A DNA stretch of 64,000 nt from positions 11,892 through 75,891 of the IMG/VR virus record IMGVR_UViG_3300027917_000038. One strand, given 5' to 3'. Source of the DNA: a virus. Numbering within the stretch: the stretch's first letter is position 1; each line of letters begins with the position of its first letter. Shown here piece by piece: positions 41,121-50,310 of the stretch. The translations under genes were made by a program, and so were the position numbers. The notes under the pieces are model-generated. The model was not told the origin of the DNA and did not search any database. It saw nothing but the letters and a program-made list of their open reading frames with translations.

Positions 41121-41789
41121 ATGTCAAAAGTAATGACATTAGGAGATGGATTCTCCAAAAGAAAAGAGCTTCAGTCCGAGTTTATGACTTGGATTAATAG
41201 ATTGCGCTTAAGTGGTATGGAAACAACTACATACCGAGTCGAAGATATTAATGACAAGGAAGATAAAGCATTACCTGGCTCCCTTAAGAAGTTCACACGA
41301 ATTTACTCTGTTGAAGAGTGTCTTGAAAAATTAAAACAAATTTTAAAAGAGGATCGTGAACTTGCTCTAAGAATTTCTCTTACTAATCAACAAGCCAAAG
41401 CCACAATGATTGATCTTGAAGGCAAGGAAGTGGAATTAACAATTCCGGAATTAATTGTTCTTAAAAATGAGATCTCACCAAAATTGGAAGAGATTGAAAG
41501 AAACATCCCCACTCGTGCTAAAGGAGTAGAAATTCTGGAAGATGATGACGACCACATCAAATGGAGAGAAATACAAGTAGTCAAAGAAAAAGAAAGAGAA
41601 ATTACCGACAAAGGATTTCAACGAGACATTATAAAGATTAAGGGTTATAATATGAAAGAGTACATGGATTATGGATACACAGAAAGATCGTTATGTGATC
41701 GAACAGACGCAATAAGAGCATGGCAAACTCGTTTGAAAGAAGCAATAAATGAAGCTAATAAAACTCCACTCGTAAATCTCGGGGCATAA
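41121..41789 (+). CDS. DIP1984-like coiled-coil protein
   Basis: MTLGDGFSKRKELQ N-terminus, RISLTNQQ...LTIPELIVLK and C-terminal RLKEAINEANKT pattern. Confidence 0.55.
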   Translation: MSKVMTLGDGFSKRKELQSEFMTWINRLRLSGMETTTYRVEDINDKEDKALPGSLKKFTRIYSVEECLEKLKQILKEDRELALRISLTNQQAKATMIDLEGKEVELTIPELIVLKNEISPKLEEIERNIPTRAKGVEILEDDDDHIKWREIQVVKEKEREITDKGFQRDIIKIKGYNMKEYMDYGYTERSLCDRTDAIRAWQTRLKEAINEANKTPLVNLGA

Positions 41790-42012
41790 GATCAAAATGG
41801 ACGGAATTAGTAGTTGTAGAAACTACATAAGAAAAAGGACAAACAGAAAAGTGTCTATCCAGTCTGGAAACTGGTTCGTACAGTTGTAGAAAAAGATAAA
41901 ATATAATATATACATTAAAAATTAAATGTGTATAAATTAGCGACTTTGTTCGCATTAGGCTGGGCTCTACTAAGCCCACATAACCATGATTAGATTATGC
42001 CCCATTTTTTTT
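41781..42012 (+). ncRNA. Candidate multi-stem structured RNA in the 3' region of the DIP1984-like gene
   Basis: GGGGCATAA (41781-41789) pairs with TTATGCCCC (41995-42003), enclosing six hairpins; T8 tract follows. Confidence 0.6.
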
Positions 42013-42017
42013 ATTAA

Positions 42018-42136
42018 AGGCAGGCTGGTAAAAATCCCACTACGAAATTTTTATTGGAGAATCAACAATGAATTCTAAGACAAAATAAAAAAATTGGAGT
42101 TCGGGAAGGAGGTTCGATTCCTCCACTGCCTATCCA
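42018..42136 (+). ncRNA. tRNA-like RNA (acceptor stem and T-arm, no D-stem, long extended central hairpin)
   Basis: AGGCAG/CTGCCT acceptor, GGAGG-TTCGATT-CCTCC T-arm, TCCC/GGGA and AATTTTTATT/AATAAAAAAATT helices, ATCCA end. Confidence 0.6.
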
Positions 42137-42179
42137 TTGTATCTAATATTTTAGAACAACAACAAATTTAAAGAGAAAA

Positions 42180-42731
42180 ATGAGTAGAACAGGAGCAAAG
42201 GTATTTGCACTAGTTCTTCTTTTTGTAACTGTTGGAGACATAGTTGGTTGTGTTGTATGGAATGTTTGGAATTATAACACAAATATTTATTCATTTCAAA
42301 AGAAAATGGCTAATCTCGACAGAGCAACAACTACAAGCGATTTAAAAGAAGCTGGAGATTACTGTATGGAAGTATATGATTATATTAAAAAATACAAAGG
42401 TAATCCAGACTGGTGGCCCTGGAAAACAAAAAGAACGGACTGGGATGATATCAAATCAGATTTTAAATCAGTAATTGATGACGCTTACGAAGCGCATAAT
42501 CGCAGTAGTCCGGGAGACGATGCATATCAAGAAGCATTAAAAGTGTTTCGTGAGAAAATAGATGGAGTAGATGAAGACGACAAAGGATTATATGACCAAA
42601 TAGATGAAAACTTTGATCTTGAATTGTATAAAGAGCAATGGCCTATTTTATGGTTCTTTTGGCTAAGTATTATTATTCTTATAATTGTAACTTTAATCGC
42701 ATTAGTTATAGCATTTGATTCTTATTACTGA
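42180..42731 (+). CDS. Membrane protein with N- and C-terminal TM helices
   Basis: Hydrophobic termini around a soluble domain. Confidence 0.6.
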   Translation: MSRTGAKVFALVLLFVTVGDIVGCVVWNVWNYNTNIYSFQKKMANLDRATTTSDLKEAGDYCMEVYDYIKKYKGNPDWWPWKTKRTDWDDIKSDFKSVIDDAYEAHNRSSPGDDAYQEALKVFREKIDGVDEDDKGLYDQIDENFDLELYKEQWPILWFFWLSIIILIIVTLIALVIAFDSYY

Positions 42732-43181
42732 TTTGTTAATTTTAACCCTTTTTTTTTCTTTTATTTGTATCACGATTATTGGTAATTATTATGATAGATT
42801 CACAAACAATTTGGCAATCCAAACAGAATCATCCGGAATTGGTAGTTGAAGACATTAAAAAATTGTTTAATCTTTCCGACAAGGAATGTGAACAAATAAG
42901 ATTTATTCTTATGAATCGCGGCATTAATAAATGGTTGTATGCGAGACGATTGTTTATAAAACTAAAACATTCCGTTAAAAAAATAAGAAAGATAGCAATT
43001 TCTGATTATGGTCATAAACATCCTCTTGTTAAAGAGATTAAGAAAATACAAGAGAAAATGCAAAACATTGCTAAATTGCCCCGTTGGATAGAATGGGGAG
43101 ATCACGTTCATAAAAACATGAAACAAAATGAGAAAGACATAATTATAAAAGGTAAACATTGTTAAAATTAGAGGTAAAAAA

Positions 43182-44192
43182 ATGAGTCACGCAACTGTGT
43201 TGATAATAAGCAAGAAAAATGATGAAGACACAATCCAAAAAATGATGGAACCCTATTGGGAACTGGATTTAAGTCGTGAAGATCTTAAAGAAGATCCAAG
43301 AGCTGTTTTTGTTGAAAAATTTAAAGCAAGAGATCTTCAAACTAAATTTGAAAAATGGGTTAATAAAATGCTTTTACGGATTTCTAAAACTCAACTTCAA
43401 ATAAAAAACAAAGATTTTGAAGAGTTAAAACAAAGACCGTTCATAAAAGACATGAGTGACGAAGAAATAGTTAAAAAACTAGAAGAACAAATAGAAGAGG
43501 ACAAAAAAATATTAAAATCTTATAACACATCCATAGAATGGGTAGATGAATGGCACGGATATTATTTAAACAAAGAAGGCATAGCATACGGATATTATAT
43601 TAATCCTAATGATAAGTGGGATTGGTACCAAATCGGAGGACGATGGGCTGGAATGATTAAACTCAAAAAAGGAGCAGAAGGAGAAATTGGAGAAAAATCT
43701 TTTATGTTCAAAGGAAATCCTTATGAAGATGGTGGTGTTGATTCTGCTCAAGTTAAAAACATAGATGAAGAATGTTTAAAATCACTCATTACTTATGCTG
43801 TTCTTGATGAAGAAGGATGGCATGAAAAATCCAGAATGGGATGGTGGGGATGTTCTCAATACGACAAATACTGCTGTGTTGTAGAAGAAATTAACATTCA
43901 TGAAATACTACATCATTTTAAGCATGATTATTTTGGAATAAATCACACATGGAAAGGATATAGTAATGAATATGTTGAATTGTTCATCAAAACTTTACAC
44001 TCACATTATTATCGTGATGGAAAAGTTTATAAACTTAAGAATAATCTTGGACAAGGAAGAACTGAACTAACTGATGATTTAAAACGTGTTGAATTTTTTA
44101 GAAACAAACACTGGCAAGATTATTTTTACAACAGATTTATAAAAAACTTAGCTCCTGACATGTATTTAACAATTGTTGATTATCACATTTAA
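43182..44192 (+). CDS. Conserved viral hypothetical protein (NP..KWDWY.IGGRW type)
   Basis: MSHATVL start, NPNDKWDWYQIGGRW, MGWWG and VDYHI end, a pattern common in tailed viruses. Confidence 0.7.
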   Translation: MSHATVLIISKKNDEDTIQKMMEPYWELDLSREDLKEDPRAVFVEKFKARDLQTKFEKWVNKMLLRISKTQLQIKNKDFEELKQRPFIKDMSDEEIVKKLEEQIEEDKKILKSYNTSIEWVDEWHGYYLNKEGIAYGYYINPNDKWDWYQIGGRWAGMIKLKKGAEGEIGEKSFMFKGNPYEDGGVDSAQVKNIDEECLKSLITYAVLDEEGWHEKSRMGWWGCSQYDKYCCVVEEINIHEILHHFKHDYFGINHTWKGYSNEYVELFIKTLHSHYYRDGKVYKLKNNLGQGRTELTDDLKRVEFFRNKHWQDYFYNRFIKNLAPDMYLTIVDYHI

Positions 44193-45523
44193 ATAATAAG
44201 TGATTATTATGAAAAAACATGACAGATTATGGGAACTGCGTGTTGTTGATAGTGAAGGAATGTACACTGGAGAATTTATAGGAACCGATGTTGCTGTTGC
44301 AAACAGAGCAAATGATATAATAAAAAATGGACATGAAGCACAATTTAGTGAAATTAAAATAAACGAAAGAACAAACATTTTTTATTTAAGCGATAAATAC
44401 GACCAAGAATTATATTGGGCAGAAGCAAAACTTAACAACAAAAAAACAACAAGCGACAGAAAAATATACGCATTCATAAATTTAGACCAAGTTTCCACAT
44501 TTATTGAAGACATGAAACTCAAATCGGAAACTGTTAGAAAGTTGTCGCTACAAAAAAGTGCATTTGAATTATTAAAAAGCGGTTTGTATTAAATGGCTAG
44601 TAGAAAAGGAAACTCAAGAAGAGCACAACCTTATAAAGAGAGACTTAAATATAGACGCACTAATTTTAAAAACGTTAAAGGATGGAGAAAAACTGCGCAA
44701 CCAAAAGTAATAAATGGTAGACATCAAGCAGATCCTAAGAACGAAATTGAACCTAGACATGACGGAAAACCTTACGATAGATCAAATCCAAAATATTTAA
44801 AAAAGCCAGTGGTATAAATGATTGTATGGAAAATTATCTTATATTCTCTTCTTGGAACATTACAATTTCTTATGTCAGCAACTATATTTATAGTATCAAC
44901 ACATAAATATGGATTAATAGCTGGTATTATGATAACAATAGCATTTTCTATTTTTTTGTTTGTACTTGGATTATTAAAACTTATAATGTTAATAGAAACA
45001 AGTGATAAAAATGGATAAATACAAAAAAGGATTATTTGTTTTATTAAAGGATTATGGGTGTGAAGTAATGCAACACATGAAATGCTATCGAAAAACCCAT
45101 AAATATGATAACATTCAAATGGCAACAATATGTTACGAATATTACAAAATTATTTTAGAAATAATTCATTATGTAAGGAAGGAAAATGAAAAAAAAGATT
45201 AAAATAACAAAAAGTATGATACTAGGATTAATTCACAAATATAGAGACAAGATAAGAGATGGTCGATGTGGTGGTGTAGTAAGAAAGTCCACAGTTGACG
45301 CTTGTCTTAAAGCAGAAGGTTATACTAAAGATGATTGATGAAGAATTAAGGAAAAAATTACCAAATTGTCCACCTTGTCCTTATGATAATAAATACAATC
45401 CGGATAATTGGGATTGTTATAATTGTGGGTACATTGGTGTAGAAATGAGTTTTGATGAAGAACTCATGAAAAACATCCTTGAATTAAATAAGAACAGTAT
45501 ATTTGTTAAACCAAGTGAGTAAA

Positions 45524-46087
45524 ATGGGCTTAGATATGTATTTAGACGCACAAAGAGGATTTTATGATTCACAATGGAATAAAGAAGAAACAGAAGAATC
45601 CAAAGTGTGTAAAAAAATAAGGGAAATAATTCCAGAAATATTCAAAAGCGGTAATCTTAACTACATTAAAATAAAATTTGAAGTTGGATATTGGAGAAAG
45701 GCAAACGCAATTCATGCTTGGTTTGTTGATAATGTCCAAGAAGGTGTAGATGATTGTAGAAATTATCGCGTCAGTAGAAACAAATTAAAAGAACTCTTAG
45801 CAATCTGCAAAGAGGTTTTAAAAGAATCAACACTTGTTAAAGGAACAGTGAAGGCTGGATGGAAAGGCAAAGCAGGAGGTGGATTAGAACCTATACTCGA
45901 AGACGGAGAAAAAATTGTGGACTCCAGCGTTGCTGAAGAAATCCTACCAACTGCAGATGGATTCTTTTTTGGTAGCACAGATTACGATGAATTTTATATT
46001 AGTGATGTTAAAGCAACAATTAAAATAATTGAAAAGGCTTTAACATTACCAATAGAATGGACTTTTTATTATAACTCAAGTTGGTAA
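45524..46087 (+). CDS. Conserved viral hypothetical protein (MGLDMY...YWRKANAIH type)
   Basis: MGLDMYL, YWRKANAIHAWFV, GFFFGSTDYDE and YYNSSW; start moved to the internal ATG. Confidence 0.7.
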   Translation: MGLDMYLDAQRGFYDSQWNKEETEESKVCKKIREIIPEIFKSGNLNYIKIKFEVGYWRKANAIHAWFVDNVQEGVDDCRNYRVSRNKLKELLAICKEVLKESTLVKGTVKAGWKGKAGGGLEPILEDGEKIVDSSVAEEILPTADGFFFGSTDYDEFYISDVKATIKIIEKALTLPIEWTFYYNSSW

Positions 46088-46339
46088 TTAAAATGACTGA
46101 ATATTTAGCTTGTTATGAGTGTTGTGGTAACATAATTGAAGAAACAGAGATTATGTTTCCTTGTCTTAGGTTTAAGGGAAAAGATGTTGAATTCCCAGAT
46201 GATTGTCCAAAAAAGGCAAGAGGGGTAGACATAAAAGAAACCCCTAGATGGAAAAACATTTCAAAAGAAGCATTTAATATATATTGGTTTATGAATAAAC
46301 AATTTGGAACAAGAGTAAGATTTTTCGAGGAAGAAGAAA

Positions 46340-46597
46340 ATGGCAAGAGGAAAGGGATTTAGTAGTCATGGAAGTTTAACAAAAGCAGGAAGAGTAAGAT
46401 TTGAAGCAACCCCTGAAGTAAAAAGAACTGGTGTTAATTCAAGAAAAAAGAAAATACCAAGAGTAAGATACAGAGAACTTTACAACAAAAGAATTGTAAA
46501 AGAGAAATATGGAGGACAACCAAACAGCATTGGAGCAAATAAACAAAAAAGAGGAAACAAAAATGAGAGATCCAAAAAGAATAAAAAGAATTTGTAA
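46340..46597 (+). CDS. rps30e: Ribosomal protein eS30 (S30e) homologue
   Basis: SHGSLTKAGRVR..TP...RKKKIPRVRYRELYNKR matches the eS30 signature HGSL.KAGKVR.QTP...PR...R..Y..R. Confidence 0.88.
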   Translation: MARGKGFSSHGSLTKAGRVRFEATPEVKRTGVNSRKKKIPRVRYRELYNKRIVKEKYGGQPNSIGANKQKRGNKNERSKKNKKNL

Positions 46598-46805
46598 GTT
46601 ATTAGAAGAAAAGTGGTTAACAGTACCAGATCAAAGATTAGGTCAATTCTTACTTAATTATGTTTTTGGTAGAAATCCACATCATCCAAAATATGACAGT
46701 TATATATTTTTCCGTGAAGATGATATAACGGAGGAAATATTAGATGTATTGTTCGGAGAAGAATGGTATAAAGAAATTGAGAAAAGAAAGAACCCGACCA
46801 TTTAA
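46563..46805 (+). CDS. Conserved viral hypothetical protein (MRDPKRI type)
   Basis: MRDPKRIKRI...W...PDQRLGQ...EDD pattern; start moved to the internal ATG. Confidence 0.6.
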   Translation: MRDPKRIKRICKLLEEKWLTVPDQRLGQFLLNYVFGRNPHHPKYDSYIFFREDDITEEILDVLFGEEWYKEIEKRKNPTI

Positions 46806-48876
46806 ACCGACATTTAGAAAAAAATGGGTGCAAAAAAAATGGAAGAAGAATTACCGATGTTAGGGAATAACGAAGGACAATGTCCTAAGTGTGGAAGTAC
46901 TAATATTCATTACACAATTGAAGATGAAAATGGGGCTGTCGCAATTTTATGGGATCAAAAAGTTGGTAGTTATTACGCTAAATTGAGATGTAAAGATTGT
47001 GGAGCACCTTTTAAATATTTTTACAATTTAATATTTACATATTCAAAATACAATTACGAATAATAAAAAAGGTTTTGTAAATGGAAAAAAAGGAAAAAGA
47101 ACCAATAATGAAAATGAGTATGAAAAAATTGTCAGCATTACTAACAAAAATGTTAGCTGAGCAACAAATGCCTGAATTTGCCAAAGATCCGAACGTGTTT
47201 TTAAACACACTTGGTTCAAAATTAATGTCAGCAATAGTGGAATTTTGGGAATATGGAAGCAATGAAATTTTTCTTATCTTAATTCCTAAATATATTGAAC
47301 AACTTAAAAAATACAGAGACGCATTGTACGAAGAAAGAGAGGAACAAATAAAAATAATAGAAGAATTAGCAAAATTGTCAGATATATCACCAATGGTTTT
47401 CATAGAACTAATATCATTCTTCTTATTAATACAAGACAACAGAGACAGAATGGGAGTTGTAAACATTAGAGATTTCAACGATAGGAAAGAACCTGGTGAA
47501 TACCTAACAGATAGATTTATTTGTATGTTTAGAATTGCTGAAGAATACATTAAAGTCTATGATGGAAACCAAGACAATATGACAACCTTTTTAGATATTG
47601 CATGGAATGAAATTAGAGAGGAATTTGATGACTTATGAGAGTAGGTTGTTTTTTAGAAATAAACAAGACAAAAAAGAAGGCATATTTCTTTGGATTTGGA
47701 GAATATCTAGGAATGGAAATTCCAGATGAAAACGCTGGTGGTTTATGTCAAATAGGTAGATTATTAGGCAAACCAAATCCAAAAATTCTGCTTGATTCCG
47801 GCAAGATAATATGGGGTGGTGAATGCTGGTGGTCAGAAGAAGCAGAATGTATTGCGGAAATTGCAGAACTTGAAAATGCTGACTTTAATATTATTAATGT
47901 TGATATTGACGACATAAGAAAAAAATGGAATGAAGAATAAATGTCCGAAGAATACATAAAAATAGTGAGTCGCACACATCAGATCTTTCGAAGTCGGAGC
48001 ATCAAATTCATCACAAACGGCGAAGTAGTCGACACCATTCCTGTTCCAGATGAGCAAATTGTATGTGACGCATGCAATGCAATGATTCTGGATCAGGAAA
48101 TCAAGCTTTTGTGTTATATTGATGATGGAATTGAATATGTGTGGGGAGCAATTTGTGATAAATGTCACAAAAAATATCACTCAAAATTAAAAGTGGTGCA
48201 TGATGAATAAAGGGTATATTATAATACACAAAAGTCCTCTTAAAGATGACATGGAAAAAATGAAAAGTAGAGATCCAGACCTTTACAAAATGATGGCTGA
48301 TACATTTAAATGGAACTGTAATTCTTATCCTCAATCTTATGATATTCTTGTAAGAAGGTTTTCACGTAAACTTCAAAAAGAATTAGAATCAATGTTATAT
48401 CAAGTTGATTGTCCAGTAGTACCTCGGTATTTAAGAAGACATCCATTTTATAAATATGTTGGTTCCGAAGATACTGGGCATGTTGATTTTATTAATGAAA
48501 GTGTTGGAAGATTAATAGGTAAATTAGAAAAGAATGGATTTAAAACAATAGTGGTTGAAGATGACTTATTCGACAAAATCCAAGCAAGAATTAAGAAACA
48601 TCGCAAAGAAGATGTACAAAGGAGAAATATTAACAACACTCCAACTCAATGAAAGTGAAATTGATACTGTTTTTGGAATGATGAAATTATTTCACTGGGA
48701 CAAAACAAGAGAAATAATGGAACACGGTCTTGGTTGTATCTATGGACACATGAAAGATGCCGCTCCAATGCATTGTAATGGGCTTCCTATGTTTTTTGCT
48801 TGGCAATTTCTTGATAAACCAGACACAAAAAAACTTATTAAAATTTATAACAAATTATTAAAAAAGATGCGTAAAT

Positions 48877-49215
48877 ATGACAAAGGAAAAAGATGTGGAG
48901 AAGTTTTTGGAGCAGCTGAGTGAAGAGGAACTTGAACAGATAGACAAAGGAGAATATGTAGGTAACGTATGCGATGATTGCATAGACGAAAAGCGTAAAA
49001 AAGTAAAACATGATTACAAAGCTGGAGATTATGTTAAATGTGAATTTGAATCCTCTGATGATAGAAATGAATACATGTGGGTTTTAATTGAGGAAATAGA
49101 TGAAACAACCATCACTGGAAGATTAGACAATGATCCAGTCCTCGTACATCAAATAAAGTGCGGAGACACAGTAAAAATAAATAAGGATAAAATAGTACAA
49201 GTAATATATATGTAA
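48877..49215 (+). CDS. DUF2314/YegJ-like protein
   Basis: EYMWV...GRLDNDP...IKCGDTV motif. Confidence 0.65.
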   Translation: MTKEKDVEKFLEQLSEEELEQIDKGEYVGNVCDDCIDEKRKKVKHDYKAGDYVKCEFESSDDRNEYMWVLIEEIDETTITGRLDNDPVLVHQIKCGDTVKINKDKIVQVIYM

Positions 49216-49217
49216 GA

Positions 49218-49445
49218 GTTCACCATCCAGTCATTTTGGGGAACATACATCATGAGTTTCATTTTATAAGTGAAGAACAAAACACTTTTGCTAAACAAGA
49301 GATAGATGGGTTTGGGTTGCTACATACAAAGCCGTCTTCACTTATTATACATTTCCAGCAATCCAAACCATTATCTCAAACGGTATAATGTTACACGTTT
49401 CGTGTGCAAATGTAAGCGTTTAAAACAACGCAAGAGGTAAACCTA
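49218..49445 (+). ncRNA. Candidate pseudoknotted leader RNA upstream of the MoxR/vWA genes
   Basis: Crossed helices 49266-49276/49335-49345 and 49299-49321/49357-49377, plus small hairpins. Confidence 0.5.
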
Positions 49446-49446
49446 A

Positions 49447-50310
49447 ATGAAAAATGTAAAAAATCAAGTAAGATATATTCAACAATATAACGAATTCAAT
49501 CATTTAGTAAAATGTATTGAAAGTGCTCCAACTGGAGAAACATTTGGCATCCTATTAATAGGGCCTCCGGGCACTGGTAAAACTCTCTGTGCAATGGATT
49601 TAGCACGACATTATAATTCTAATTATATAGTTGTAGATGGAAGTCCACAAACAGACCGAAGAGATTTGGAAGGATGCTGGGAAATAGTTAAAGGAAATAC
49701 AGTTTTTAATAAAGGGCCTCTTTACCAAGTAATAGAACAGGCAAACAATGAAGGAATAGCTTTCTTAGTTTTTAATGAACCAAACGCGGTAAATCCATCG
49801 GAACAAATTAGTTTTAATGCACTCATGACAGAGAATCATATTAACTTGCTTAGCAACGCTGGTAAAAGAATTGAAATTGAACCACATGCTAAACTTATTG
49901 TAATAGGAACTATCAATTTAAATGTTCTTGGAATAAATGATCTACAAGAAGCATTTGATGATAGGTTCCTTGTTAATTGGGAATTTGAATACCCAGCAAA
50001 AAAGAAAGAAGCAGAAATAATAAAAAAAATGGCTGGTTGTTCAAAATCTCTTGCTGAATTAATTTCTGAATTGGCATACCAATTGAGAGAAGCAGCAATG
50101 AAAGATTTTTCACTTAAAAAACCCTTTTCAACAAGACATGGTGTAAATTTTGCCAAAATGATTTGGGCAATGAAAAGGAAATACATAAGAGAAAACATCC
50201 GAACAATGATAGTTAGCAAAATAGCAAAAGAGAAAAGAGAAAAGGAATTCATTTCCCAAATTTTAGATGGATTGGACTTTAAGAAACGATTGTGGGATAT
50301 ATTAAAATGA
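49447..50310 (+). CDS. MoxR/CobS-like AAA+ ATPase
   Basis: Walker A GPPGTGKT, GPL, Walker B variant LVFNE, TIN sensor I, AFDDRF Arg finger and STR sensor II. Confidence 0.9.
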   Translation: MKNVKNQVRYIQQYNEFNHLVKCIESAPTGETFGILLIGPPGTGKTLCAMDLARHYNSNYIVVDGSPQTDRRDLEGCWEIVKGNTVFNKGPLYQVIEQANNEGIAFLVFNEPNAVNPSEQISFNALMTENHINLLSNAGKRIEIEPHAKLIVIGTINLNVLGINDLQEAFDDRFLVNWEFEYPAKKKEAEIIKKMAGCSKSLAELISELAYQLREAAMKDFSLKKPFSTRHGVNFAKMIWAMKRKYIRENIRTMIVSKIAKEKREKEFISQILDGLDFKKRLWDILK

